64,000 nt of DNA, taken from the NCBI GenBank assembly GCA_965242605.1, contig CBDESS010000004.1:5835-69834 (forward strand), given 5' to 3'. Origin of the DNA: an uncultured Candidatus Binatia bacterium. Lineage in GTDB: Bacteria; Desulfobacterota; Binatia; Bin18. Numbering within the stretch: the stretch's first letter is position 1; each line of letters starts with the position of its first letter. The notes beneath the pieces were generated by a model. That model was not told where the DNA came from. It made no database searches and saw only the letters and a program-made list of their open reading frames with translations. Positions 37,200 through 48,957 of the stretch are shown in pieces. A program made the translations under genes and the position numbers.

Positions 37200-38423
37200 C
37201 TAGCAGACCCGAGACAGACCAGAAAGACCGGACCGAGGCGAGGCACCGGCCGCAAACCGGAGCGGCAGGGTCTGCGGCCCGCGCACAATGATTGACACGA
37301 TCTGCTCAATGTCCGGTGTCGCACAGGCGAACGGTGGGCAGTCAAACAACAGCGCCTCCAGGGCCAGCCGCCCTTCGAGACGGCCGAGCGGTGCGCCTAA
37401 GCAATAGTGGATACCGTAGCCAAAGGCCAGATGGTCCGGGGGGTTACGGGCGATATCAAAACGGTCCGGCTCGGGGAAGTGGCGCTCGTCACGGTTGGCC
37501 GAGCCGAGTAGCAGAAACACATTCTGGCCGGCCGCCAGCGTGCCGCCTTCCAACTCCACATCCTGCGCGGTCCGGCGAAAAATCACCTGAACCGGGGACT
37601 CATAGCGCAGCACTTCTTCGACCAGGGCGGGGACAAGGGAGGGGTCGGCCCGGACCTTGGCCAGTTCCTCTGTATGCTTGAGCAGGGTCAGCACCGCATT
37701 GCCGATCAGGTTCGTCGTTGTCTCGTTGCCGGCCAGGAGCAGCAGGACAGCCAGGGCCAGAATCTCCTGCGAGGACAGTATGTCGCGCTCTTCTTCGGCT
37801 TTGACCAGGGCGGTAATCACGTCGTCGCCAGGTTCGGTCCGTCGCCGCTCAATGCTGTGCTCAAAGTAGGCCCTGAGCTCGGCTTGGCTCGTTCGGATCT
37901 GCGCCCGTTCGGCCTCATCGGCTGGCCGGCCGGTCGCCCTCACCACATCGTCAGACCAGACCTTGAAATCATCCCGCCGCTCAGGCTCAACCCCGAGCAT
38001 CTCGGCAATCACAGTCGTTGGCAGCGGGCCGGACAAGCTTGAAACCAGGTCACCCTCTGGTTGACTGCGCAGGACGCTGACCAAGTCTTGGGTAATGGCC
38101 CGGATCCGCGGCTCCAGGCCACGGATCAACCGCGGGGTAAAGCCCTTGTTGGCCAGCTTGCGCAGACGCGTATGCTCGGGCGGATTCATGTCAAGAATCC
38201 ACGGCGTCTCGGGCACGGGATTGAGGTCGCCCAGGGCTTCGGCGGTAAACACCGAGGACGAGAAGATGTGCGGATTGCGCAAGGCAAAATCCACGTCGGC
38301 ATAGCGGCTCAGCGCCCAGCACTGAAACGGGTCCAGCCACAGCACCGGGGCTGTGTCCCTGAGCTCGGCATAGTACGGGTAGGGGTTGGCATTCACTTCC
38401 GGGGAGAGCGGGTTGAAATCCAT
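37200..38423 (-). CDS. Cytochrome P450
   Basis: Heme-binding FGYGIHYCLGAPLG, EXXR (ETLRL), AGxET helix-I motif. Start MDFNPLSPEV at 38423 with AGGAGG RBS. Confidence 0.85.
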   Translation of the reverse strand: MDFNPLSPEVNANPYPYYAELRDTAPVLWLDPFQCWALSRYADVDFALRNPHIFSSSVFTAEALGDLNPVPETPWILDMNPPEHTRLRKLANKGFTPRLIRGLEPRIRAITQDLVSVLRSQPEGDLVSSLSGPLPTTVIAEMLGVEPERRDDFKVWSDDVVRATGRPADEAERAQIRTSQAELRAYFEHSIERRRTEPGDDVITALVKAEEERDILSSQEILALAVLLLLAGNETTTNLIGNAVLTLLKHTEELAKVRADPSLVPALVEEVLRYESPVQVIFRRTAQDVELEGGTLAAGQNVFLLLGSANRDERHFPEPDRFDIARNPPDHLAFGYGIHYCLGAPLGRLEGRLALEALLFDCPPFACATPDIEQIVSIIVRGPQTLPLRFAAGASPRSGLSGLSRVC

Positions 38424-38641
38424 CGGAACATCCTCCTTTGTCAAGAGTCTACCGCATGAAAACTTGCACAGTGCAAGTGTACAGTAAAGAGCGCCGCAGG
38501 AGTGAAGCGCCCGATTCGGGCCGTGAGAAGCGGGATGTCCTTGAGCAGGAGTAAGGCCGGGCGGTGCGTTTCAGCTTGTCAAAAGTAGACTACTGTGCAA
38601 GACTCTGCCCCAATCCAGACCATCGAGAAGGAGGGTGGACC

Positions 38642-40471
<1,830 letters not shown>

Positions 40472-40487
40472 GCATCCCGGCGGCGGT

Positions 40488-40513
40488 CCGGGCAGCCCCC
40501 TGTGGCTGCCCGG
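40488..40513. terminator. Perfect 10-bp GC hairpin between convergent BVMO genes. Candidate bidirectional terminator.
   Basis: ccgggcagcc-ccctgt-ggctgcccgg. Confidence 0.4.
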
Positions 40514-40532
40514 CCACATGGCCGGCGGCCGT

Positions 40533-42149
40533 CTATTGGAAGGTGAAGCCTTCGTAGCCCTTGGCCGCCACCTCCCGGCACTTCTGCCGATAGGCGGTCG
40601 CAGAGTTGGCATACAGGAGCAGGGCGCGTTTCTTGCCCGGGATGTTCGAGCCCATAAACCACGAGTCCCCATCACTCATGAGCGTCCGGGAGGCCAACTC
40701 GTTGGCGTGCTCCACCCAGGCTTGCTCGGCCTCCGGGCTCGGCACAACGCAGCGCAGCTTGTGCTCACGCATATGGCCGATACAGTCGGCGATCCACTCG
40801 ACAATCATCTCGGCACACACCGTGTAGTTGCAGAACGCCGAGTTGGTGGCAATAAAGAAATTGGGGAAACCGGCCGTCTGAAGCCCCAGGTAGCTGCGCG
40901 GCCCGTCGGCCCACTTATCCCGAAAGGTCTGCCCGCCCTCACCGCGGATATCGATACGGGTCAGCGGCCCGGACACTGCGTCGAAACCGGTCGCATAGAT
41001 GATGACGTCGAGTTCGTACTCGGCCTGCCGGGTCTGCACGCCCTTGGCAGTGATGCGCTCAATCGGGGCTTCGCGGACATCAACCAGCGAAACATTGTCC
41101 CGGTTGTAGGTCTCGTAATAGCCGCTCTCCAGGGGAATGCGCTTGGCCCCAAACGGGTGATCCTTGGGCACCAGCTTTTCTGCCACCACCGGGTCGTGGA
41201 CCCGCTCGCGAATCTTGCTGCGGACGAACTCAGCAAACGTCTCGTTGGCCTCCCGATTGGTCATAATGTCGTGGAAGTTGCCCAGCCATTTCTTGAAGCC
41301 GGGCAGCGCCCACAGCTCCTCGTAGAGCGCGGTGCGCTCTTCTGCTGAGACCTCAAGGGCCGAGCGCGGGTCAAAGTTATGCACAAAGCCGGCCGGGGTT
41401 TCACGACACCGCTTGTGGATTTCCGGGTAGTTGGCCTTCCACTCGTTCTGGGTCTGCGGGGCGACTGCCGAGTTTCGCAGCGGGGCGCAGTAGTTCGGGG
41501 TACGCTGAAAAACGGTCAGATGACCCGCCTCCTCGGCCACGATTGGAATGAGTTGCACCGCGGTGGCACCTGTGCCGATACAGCCCACCCGCTTGCCGCG
41601 AAAGTCCACCTTCTCCTTGGGCCAGCGCGAGGTGTGAAACGACTCGCCCCTGAAGCGGTCAATGCCCTCAAAGGGAGGCGTATATTGTGCCGACAGGATG
41701 CCGACCGCTCCAACCAGAAACTGCGCCCGCGCCCGCTCGCCGCTCTCAAGCCGCACCTCCCAGCGCTTCTCGGCCTCGTCATAGACCGCGGCGGCCACGC
41801 GGGAATTGAACTGAATGTCGGGCCGCAGCTTGAACTTGTCGGCCACATAATTGAGGTAGCGCTCGTTCTCCGGCTGGCCGGAAAAATGCTCTTTCCAGTC
41901 CCACTCTTGCAGGAGTTCCTCGGAGAATGAGTAGCCGTAGGTTTCACTCTCGGAATCAAAGCGACAGCCCGGGTAGCGGTTCCAATACCAGGTGCCGCCC
42001 ACCCCGGTGCCATCCTCGTAGACCCGCACCGACAGGCCCATCTTCCGCAGCCGGTACAGTTGATAGAGCCCCATCACCCCGGCACCGATGACGATCGCGT
42101 CAAATTCCCTGAGCTGCTCCGCGGCGAGTGTCTGCTGAGCGTTTGCCAT
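40533..42149 (-). CDS. Baeyer-Villiger monooxygenase (second, convergent paralog)
   Basis: FDAIVIGAGVMG…, FRGESFHTSRWP. Start MANAQQTL at 42149. Confidence 0.85.
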   Translation of the reverse strand: MANAQQTLAAEQLREFDAIVIGAGVMGLYQLYRLRKMGLSVRVYEDGTGVGGTWYWNRYPGCRFDSESETYGYSFSEELLQEWDWKEHFSGQPENERYLNYVADKFKLRPDIQFNSRVAAAVYDEAEKRWEVRLESGERARAQFLVGAVGILSAQYTPPFEGIDRFRGESFHTSRWPKEKVDFRGKRVGCIGTGATAVQLIPIVAEEAGHLTVFQRTPNYCAPLRNSAVAPQTQNEWKANYPEIHKRCRETPAGFVHNFDPRSALEVSAEERTALYEELWALPGFKKWLGNFHDIMTNREANETFAEFVRSKIRERVHDPVVAEKLVPKDHPFGAKRIPLESGYYETYNRDNVSLVDVREAPIERITAKGVQTRQAEYELDVIIYATGFDAVSGPLTRIDIRGEGGQTFRDKWADGPRSYLGLQTAGFPNFFIATNSAFCNYTVCAEMIVEWIADCIGHMREHKLRCVVPSPEAEQAWVEHANELASRTLMSDGDSWFMGSNIPGKKRALLLYANSATAYRQKCREVAAKGYEGFTFQ

Positions 42150-42201
42150 AGTCTTCCTCCTTGACAGGCGTGGTGTTCGCTGTATGCCGGCCGATGGGTC
42201 G

Positions 42202-42633
42202 TTATTCGGGCAGCACAACCCCGGAACCGCCCATGTCGGCCGGCACGTCCTGCTGTTTGGCAATGCCGTCATGGATACGCAGCACGGTTTCTGCGTAGAA
42301 GACATGGACTGCCGGCTCAAACGGCAGCTCGGGGATGACCGCGGCGTAGACATCGGTCAGGCCCATGCCGGGATGCTCGGTAAACACATGCCCGCCGCAG
42401 ACCGTACACCACTTGCGGTGGCTGTTGTCGGTCTTGGCGTAGCTGCCCAGTTTGTCGGCCCCCTCGGTGACAACAACCGCCTTCGGGTCCCACAGGGTGA
42501 AGGCGTTGACCGGGCCGGCCGACCAGTGGCGGCACGACTCGCAGGGGCAATAGCCCATCGCTACCGGCGCGCCGCTCACACTCGGCTTTACCGCTCCGCA
42601 AAAACAACTGCCGGTATATGTCTTGTCGCTCAT
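42202..42633 (-). CDS. GFA (glutathione-dependent formaldehyde-activating / CENP-V) family protein
   Basis: GSCFCGAV…CPCESC…CTVCGGH Cys-ligand pattern. Confidence 0.75.
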   Translation of the reverse strand: MSDKTYTGSCFCGAVKPSVSGAPVAMGYCPCESCRHWSAGPVNAFTLWDPKAVVVTEGADKLGSYAKTDNSHRKWCTVCGGHVFTEHPGMGLTDVYAAVIPELPFEPAVHVFYAETVLRIHDGIAKQQDVPADMGGSGVVLPE

Positions 42634-42679
42634 AGTCGCTGTCCTCCTGTCCCTCTTATGATCAAAATGTCGGGGGGGC

Positions 42680-43290
42680 GCAAGTCCGCGGAAGCTCAGA
42701 AGTCCCTCAGCCGCGCCGTTGTGTGGGGGTTGAGCACGCGCTTCATGGCTCGAGCCGCCAGCGCCGGCAGTGCGCTCAGTTTCTCGGCTACGCTTTGCGC
42801 CTCTGCCAACAGGCTCTCATCGGGCACAACCCGCTACGCCACCCCAAGCTCAAGGAGGGTTGGGGCGTCGTACTGCTCGCCGAAAAACAGCATTTCGCGG
42901 GCCTTGTTGAGCCCGACCAGGGCCGGTAACAGCGCGCTCACCCCGACGGTGACAAACGCGCCTGGCGACATCGGGGAAAAACCCCCTGGCGCTGGCCGCC
43001 CAGATGGGAAAATCGCAGTTGATCGCCAGCTCAAACCCGCCCTCAACCGCCCAGCCGTTGATCGCGCCAACCACCGGCACGTCACCAAAAACGATCTCTT
43101 GGGTGGCGCACTGTATGGCGTTGACAAACTCCCGCGCCTGGCTTGGCTCGTCCGGGTGGACAGGCTCCCTGCGGTCGTCGCCGGCGCAAAAAGCGCGGCC
43201 GGCACCGGTAAAAATGACCGCCCGGGTGGCGGGGTCGGCGTTGGCCTCGGCAAAGGCGTGGGCGAGGTCGTCCATCAGGCTGCGGTTCAT
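42680..43290 (-). pseudogene. Enoyl-CoA hydratase/isomerase (crotonase) family gene with at least two frameshifts
   Basis: N-terminal part in the frame of ORF 42850..43290 (AVIFTGAGRAFCAGDD…GAINGWAVEGGFELAINCD). The downstream part continues in the frame of 42834..43253 (…LVGLNKAREMLFFGEQYDAPTLLELGVA). The C-terminal part is in a third frame (RVVPDESLLAEAQSVAEKLSALPALAARAMKRVLN). Confidence 0.5.
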
Positions 43291-43400
43291 AGCGTTGAGA
43301 CACTCGGGCCGGTTGCAGGGCTATGGTCAGACCCCTGTATCGCCCAGCGTGCTCAGAACGGTTGAGTACGGCATCACACTGCCCTCCTCGGCTCGGGCGC

Positions 43401-44417
43401 TCAGGCCCGGATATCCGCAATCATGCGCTTCAGCCCGGCGTCGTTCTGGCCGGGACGGTAGGGGAAATACAGACTGACCCGGTCCAGCAGCCCGTCGTAG
43501 CGTGCCCGCAGCTTTGTGCCGATCTCGTCCAGCGGGCCGCTGATGCAGAACGCGTCCACCATCTCGTCGGTCACTTCCCGGGCCATGCCGTCCCAGTCGC
43601 CGGCCGCGGCCTTGGCGTTCAGCCGGCCGCTCAGCTCGGCCCAGCCGTGGGTGTCTAACACCGGCGCATAGGTGCGGGTCGAGGCGTAGAAGCCGATCTG
43701 ACGCCGAATCTCCTCACGCTGCTCGGCGATAGCCCGCGCACTGTCGCCGGTAGCGACCAAGGCTTGGGTTGACAGCGTGAGGTCTCGGCGCGAGCGGCCG
43801 GCACGGCGCGCCCCGACCTCAAGGGCCGGGATGAGTGATGCGCGCAGAAAGCGGGGCGAGTTGAGCGGGTGGACATGAAAGCCGTCGCACATCTCGCCGG
43901 CCATCTCGGCAATCCGGCGGTTGACCCCGGCAACATAGATGGGGATGTGGGGCTGGGCGATTTTTGACGGGCTGAAAAACGGCGTCATCATGCTCAGGCG
44001 GTAAAACTCACCCTCAAACCGCAGCCGGTCGCCGGTCTGCCAGCAGTCCCAGACCGCCCGCATGGCCAGAATCATCTCCCGCAGCTTCTTGACCGGGGAG
44101 ACAAACGGGACGCCAAAGCGGCGCTCGTTGTGGCCCTTGACCTGGGTGCCCAGCCCCAGGATAAAGCGGCCCGTGGAGTTGGCTTGCAGGTCCCAGCAGG
44201 TGTGGGCCAGCACGGTCGGGTTGCGCGGAAAGGCCACGGCAATGGCCGTACCCAGACTGAGCTTGCGGGTGACCGTGCTGGCAATCGCCAGCGGCATAAA
44301 CGGCTCGTGGGCAGTCTCAATAGACCACAGGCCGTCATGGCCGAGCTCCTCGGCCCAGCCGGCAAAGTCACGAATGCCGGAAAAATCGCTGGCCGCAATG
44401 ACGGTATCAAACTGCAT
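43401..44417 (-). CDS. LLM-class flavin/F420-dependent oxidoreductase
   Basis: 338 aa luciferase-like fold. Confidence 0.8.
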   Translation of the reverse strand: MQFDTVIAASDFSGIRDFAGWAEELGHDGLWSIETAHEPFMPLAIASTVTRKLSLGTAIAVAFPRNPTVLAHTCWDLQANSTGRFILGLGTQVKGHNERRFGVPFVSPVKKLREMILAMRAVWDCWQTGDRLRFEGEFYRLSMMTPFFSPSKIAQPHIPIYVAGVNRRIAEMAGEMCDGFHVHPLNSPRFLRASLIPALEVGARRAGRSRRDLTLSTQALVATGDSARAIAEQREEIRRQIGFYASTRTYAPVLDTHGWAELSGRLNAKAAAGDWDGMAREVTDEMVDAFCISGPLDEIGTKLRARYDGLLDRVSLYFPYRPGQNDAGLKRMIADIRA

Positions 44418-44447
44418 GGGTCGCCTCCCTCCGTATTCTCTGCCGGT

Positions 44448-45113
44448 CTAGGTCCTGGAGAACGGCGTTCCCCACGCATCGGCAAACGCCAACTCCTCAA
44501 CCGGGCGGCGCGAGATCGGGCCGTGGCCACGCAGCACCGGGTAGCCGACCGGCACCACCGCGGCCGTTCCCCACGGCTCGGGGATAGCCAGCAGGTGGCG
44601 CACCTCGGGCTCCTCCCTGCACAGCAGGGTGGTCAGCACGCAGCCCAGCCCCTCGGCCCGGCAGGCCAGCAGCAGGTTCTCGACCGCGGGGTAGATTGAG
44701 CCGCCGCCGACTACCGACACACGGTCCAGCTTGGCGTCCGTCACCGCCAGCCCGTCTGGATTAAAACAGAAGACCAGCAGGACCGGCGATTCCCCAAAAT
44801 GTTCGGCCAGATAGGTACTGGCGCGCATCACCCGTTCCGCCTTGGCCCGATCCTCCTCAGAGCGGTCGGCGAACTGTTTCAGGTAGGATTGGGTGTAGGG
44901 GATGGTGATTTTTTTGTACAGCTCGCCCAGGCGCTGTTTGCGGGCCGCGTCCTTGACCACAATAATCCGCCAGGCCTGGCGGTTGCCGCCGGTCGGTGCC
45001 CAGGTGGCAGCTTGCAGCACCCGGTAGAGCACGTCATCAGGAATGGGGTCGGGGCGCAGCCGCCGCACCGCCCGCAGGGTTCGCATCGCGTCGTACAGGT
45101 CAAGCGTCACCAT
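44448..45113 (-). CDS. Nitroreductase family protein
   Basis: 221 aa. Nitroreductase fold motifs (RRLRPDPIPDDVLYRVLQAA…PTGGNRQ). Confidence 0.8.
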   Translation of the reverse strand: MVTLDLYDAMRTLRAVRRLRPDPIPDDVLYRVLQAATWAPTGGNRQAWRIIVVKDAARKQRLGELYKKITIPYTQSYLKQFADRSEEDRAKAERVMRASTYLAEHFGESPVLLVFCFNPDGLAVTDAKLDRVSVVGGGSIYPAVENLLLACRAEGLGCVLTTLLCREEPEVRHLLAIPEPWGTAAVVPVGYPVLRGHGPISRRPVEELAFADAWGTPFSRT

Positions 45114-45301
45114 AGCATCCTCCTGCCTATGGCATAACGGTGTCCCGACGAGCCGTCAATCATGTGCCTCCTGTCCGGCGTCGTGCCGCTCAGCTCTCCT
45201 CCGGGCGTCTGCGCTGTTGCCGCCATTTGACAAAGCCGGAGCGACACAGGACAATCGCGGCGTACCATGAGGGAACAGCATCATTCAGGAGGAGCAAGCA
45301 C

Positions 45302-46210
45302 ATGAGTAGGTTTGAGAGCATTGAGTACGAAGTCGAGCGAGGCCGGGCGCGTATCACCCTCAACCGCCCGGAAAAGCTCAACGCCCTGTCCCTGAAGCTT
45401 CAGGCCGAGCTGAACGAAGCGCTGTGGGAGGCCGATAACAATACGGAGGTGCACTGCGTCATCCTGCGCGGGGCCGGGCGTGCCTTCTCAGCCGGCTATG
45501 ATCTATCCGGGGCCGATAGCAAGCTGGCGGTGTCGCGGCTGGAGTCCGACCAAAACCGCTATCGTGGCTCCCGCAGCATCGACGACGACGCCTGGCAGCT
45601 TGAGCGCGCCCAGCGCTACCGCATGGCCCTGTTTGACATGCACAAGCCGACCATCGCCCAGGTCCACGGCTATTGTCTGGCCGGCGGCACCGATGTCGCC
45701 CTGCTGTGCGATATGATTATTGCCGCCGAAGACGCGACCTTTGCCTTTCCGCCGGCCCGCGACCTTGGCGCTCTGCCGACCAACTTCTGGCTTTATCACG
45801 TCGGGCCGCAGTGGGCCAAACGGCTGATGCTGACCGGCGACTCGATCACCGGCACCGAGGCGCAGGACATTGGTCTGGTTCTGAAGGCCGTGCCGGCCGA
45901 GCGGTTGGCCGCCGAGGTTGAGCAGCTGGCCGACCGCCTGTGCCAGATTGACCCCGACCTGCTCAGCACCAACAAGCGCATCATCAACCTCGGCCTCGAA
46001 CTGATGGGTGCCCGCACCCTCCAGCGTCTGGCCGCGGAGAACGATGTACGCGGTCACAACACCCGGGCGGCACGAGACTATGTGCAGTCGGTCAAAGACA
46101 AGGGTCTGCGCGAAACGCTGCGCGCCCGGGACGCCAAGTTCGGCGACGGCCGGGCGCGTGTTCACGGTCCCGAAACTCGAGATGAGAAAGGCCGTCTGGT
46201 TGACCCCTAG
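45302..46210 (+). CDS. Enoyl-CoA hydratase/isomerase family protein
   Basis: MSRFESIEYEVERGRARITLNRPEKLNAL…GAGRAFSAGYDL. AGGAGG RBS before ATG 45302. Confidence 0.8.
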   Translation: MSRFESIEYEVERGRARITLNRPEKLNALSLKLQAELNEALWEADNNTEVHCVILRGAGRAFSAGYDLSGADSKLAVSRLESDQNRYRGSRSIDDDAWQLERAQRYRMALFDMHKPTIAQVHGYCLAGGTDVALLCDMIIAAEDATFAFPPARDLGALPTNFWLYHVGPQWAKRLMLTGDSITGTEAQDIGLVLKAVPAERLAAEVEQLADRLCQIDPDLLSTNKRIINLGLELMGARTLQRLAAENDVRGHNTRAARDYVQSVKDKGLRETLRARDAKFGDGRARVHGPETRDEKGRLVDP

Positions 46211-46216
46211 ACTACT

Positions 46217-46257
46217 CGGGCGGGCCTGGTACGTCCTGGCCCGCCCGGAAATTTTCG
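46217..46257 (+). terminator. Rho-independent terminator downstream of the crotonase gene
   Basis: 10-bp perfect stem cgggcgggcc/ggcccgcccg with a 10-nt loop, followed by T-rich gaaattttcgtccttt. Confidence 0.5.
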
Positions 46258-46330
46258 TCCTTTCGGCATCGCAGAAGGTTTTGAGTTGCTGGCGGAATCG
46301 GCGGGGTACCATCCAAGGGGAGGAAAGCAT

Positions 46331-46531
46331 ATGTCGAGGTTTGTCACGGGCTTGATCGTGGGCCTGTTCCTGGGCGCGGCCGTTCCGGTGCTCGCTTACT
46401 ACACCAGTTATACAAACGTATCAGAACTGACGGCTGGCGACCTGGAAAGAATCATGGAGAGCGCCATAGAAGACGCGCTAGGCTCCTGTTCCATACGGCT
46501 GTCTGGAGACCGGGGGCGCTTCTCCTGCTGA
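46331..46531 (+). CDS. Hypothetical small single-TM protein
   Basis: MSRFVTGLIVGLFLGAAVPVLAYY… Weak call. Confidence 0.25.
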   Translation: MSRFVTGLIVGLFLGAAVPVLAYYTSYTNVSELTAGDLERIMESAIEDALGSCSIRLSGDRGRFSC

Positions 46532-46633
46532 CGAGTCCGAAACAGGAACGAGCGAGAGAAGGCCGGTCTGTTCGCTCAGATTCCCGCACGGTTCTACACT
46601 CCGGCCGGCACCCCCCATGAACAGGAGGACCGT

Positions 46634-47062
46634 ATGACTGAGGCAAGCGCAATCGTTCAGGAAATTGAGGCCGCCTATCGCCACTATATTGCGGTCTTCA
46701 ACCGCGAGGATGCGGGCGCCTTGGTCGGCTGCTACGCCCACCCACACGTCATGCTCAGCGGCGGGCAGGGTCTGACCGGCGTCCAGACCGAGGCCGAGCA
46801 CCATACGGTCTATCACAACATTATGGCGGGTCTGCGTGCCAGCGAGTGGGGACGCAGCGATGTTGACGCGCTCCAGGTCTTTCCCTATTCCGAGTCGCTG
46901 GCCCAGATAGTGGCCGATGTGACCCGCTACAAACGGGACGGTTCGGTTCTGGAGAAACTGCGGGCCACATATATGTACCGTCGGGATGCGGAGAGCTGGA
47001 AGATTGTGTCGCTGGCCCTCATTGAAGCGCCGTTCTCAGGGCCGGGAGGAAAACCGCGATGA
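46634..47062 (+). CDS. NTF2-like/SnoaL-like (DUF4440-type) protein
   Basis: 142 aa. AYRHYIAVFNREDAGAL… AGGAGGA RBS. Confidence 0.6.
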   Translation: MTEASAIVQEIEAAYRHYIAVFNREDAGALVGCYAHPHVMLSGGQGLTGVQTEAEHHTVYHNIMAGLRASEWGRSDVDALQVFPYSESLAQIVADVTRYKRDGSVLEKLRATYMYRRDAESWKIVSLALIEAPFSGPGGKPR

Positions 47063-48279
47063 CTCAACCGAAGCATGTGCTGGAGGGCTATAAGGTCTTG
47101 GACTTCTCGCAGATTGTGGCAGGGCCGACCTGCACCTTGATGATGGCCGAAATGGGGGCCGAGGTCATCAAGGTTGAGCTGGCCCCAGCCGGCGACGGCG
47201 CGCGCCTCGGCCCGGTCGTGGTTAACGGCCGCAGCGGGTATTTTGTCCAGCATAACCGCGGCAAGAAGGACTTGTGCCTGGACGCCAAAACGCCCGAGGG
47301 GCTCCATATCCTCAAAGGGCTGGTCAAGAAGGTTGATGTCCTGGTGGAGAACTATGCCCCGGGCGTGATCGGCCGTCTGGGCCTCGCCTATGAGGTGGTC
47401 AGCGCGCTCAATCCGGGCCTGGTGATGTGTTCGATCTCGGCCTTTGGCCAGACCGGACCGCTTGCCCATGAACCGGGCTTTGACTGGGTAGGAGCGGCCT
47501 ACTCGGGCATTACCTCAATGGGGGGCGAACAAGACGGCTCGCCCATGTTCCCGATGGTGGCTATGGGCGACGTGTCAACCGGCGCACACGCCATGGGCGC
47601 AATCTGCTCCGCCCTGCTCTACCGGGAGCGCACAGGCCGCGGGCAGCACCTCGACCTGTCGCTGCTTGACACCTACGCCCATTACCACGAGGCCAGCTTC
47701 CAGATGTACAGTCTGAGCAAGGGCGCGATCAGTCCGACCCGCTCCGGGGCGCACTCGTGGTACGCCAGCCCGGCGGGGGTCTTCAGGGGCCGCGAGCGCT
47801 ACCTGATCCTCATTGCCCCCCTGGAGCAGCACTGGTCGAAGTTGTGCGAGGCAATGGGCCGAGCGGACTTGGCCCGCGACCCACGCTTTACCGATAACGC
47901 GGCCCGGATGAACAATCTGGAGGCCCTGGTGGAGATCATTGAGGGCTGGATTCGCTCCCAGCCAAGCGACGACGCGGCGATTGAGATACTGAAGGCGCAT
48001 CATGTACCGGTCGCGCCGATTCTGTCCGTGCCCGAGGCACTCCAGCATCCCCACCTGCGTCAGCGCGGAACCGTGCGGACGGTACATGACCGGCTGCTCG
48101 GCGGCCTCGAAGTGCCGGGATTTGCCCTGCGCTTTTCGGACTTTCCGACGCCTCTGGAGCTCCAAGCCCCGCTGCTGGGCGAGCATAACGCCGAACTCCT
48201 GACCGAGTGGCTCGGCTATACCCCGGATGAGGTCCGGGCCCTGGAGCGCAGAGGCATTCTGCACAGCGGCCCGGCCTGA
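47059..48279 (+). CDS. CoA-transferase family III (CaiB/BaiF) protein
   Basis: VLDFSQIVAGPTCTLMMAEMGAEVIKVE. Confidence 0.85.
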   Translation: MTQPKHVLEGYKVLDFSQIVAGPTCTLMMAEMGAEVIKVELAPAGDGARLGPVVVNGRSGYFVQHNRGKKDLCLDAKTPEGLHILKGLVKKVDVLVENYAPGVIGRLGLAYEVVSALNPGLVMCSISAFGQTGPLAHEPGFDWVGAAYSGITSMGGEQDGSPMFPMVAMGDVSTGAHAMGAICSALLYRERTGRGQHLDLSLLDTYAHYHEASFQMYSLSKGAISPTRSGAHSWYASPAGVFRGRERYLILIAPLEQHWSKLCEAMGRADLARDPRFTDNAARMNNLEALVEIIEGWIRSQPSDDAAIEILKAHHVPVAPILSVPEALQHPHLRQRGTVRTVHDRLLGGLEVPGFALRFSDFPTPLELQAPLLGEHNAELLTEWLGYTPDEVRALERRGILHSGPA

Positions 48280-48499
48280 GCCTGGGAAGACCAGCCCAGG
48301 CCCGAAGGTCTCGCGCTGTCTCCCAGCTTGTCTGCCAGTCGCACGCCGCGGCTTCGGCCTGGAAATCTTTGAAGCGGCCTGCACTCTCTCCTTTGCGGCT
48401 CGCCGCCACGGCAGCTCTTGTCCACCAGACACCGAGCCGGAGGCGCTTGCCTGACAGCAGCTTTCAGTGTAGCCAGAGAAGAGGCCAGAGCGAGCCAGC

Positions 48500-48928
48500 A
48501 TGGAGGGAGAGATGTCGGAACTGAACAAGTATAATCAGCAGGTGATTGCAGAGTTTCGGGCCAACCAGGGCAAGGTCGGCGGCCAGATGGAGAATATGCC
48601 GGTGGTGCTGCTGACCATGACCGGGGCCAAGAGCGGCAGAACGATCACCAAGCCGCTGGTGTATACGACCGACAGGGAGCGCATTGTCGTCATCGCCTCC
48701 TTCGCCGGAGCGCCCCATCACCCTGCCTGGTATCATAACCTGGTCGCTAACCCCGAGGTCACGCTTGAGATCGGCAGCGAGCGCTTTCGGGCCAGGGCAG
48801 AGGTGACGATCGGCGAAGAGCGCCAGCGGCTGTTTGACCGCCAAGCCGAGCACATGCCGATTTTTCACGACTACCAGAAAAAAACCACCCGCCAGATTCC
48901 GGTCGTGGTGTTCAAGCGGCTTGACTGA
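48500..48928 (+). CDS. Deazaflavin (F420)-dependent nitroreductase-family protein (DUF385/PNPOx-like)
   Basis: 142 aa, typical DUF385 length and motifs (…VLLTMTGAKSGR…). Confidence 0.7.
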   Translation: MEGEMSELNKYNQQVIAEFRANQGKVGGQMENMPVVLLTMTGAKSGRTITKPLVYTTDRERIVVIASFAGAPHHPAWYHNLVANPEVTLEIGSERFRARAEVTIGEERQRLFDRQAEHMPIFHDYQKKTTRQIPVVVFKRLD

Positions 48929-48957
48929 CCCGAGCCGTGCGTTGGGACTGCTGAGGC

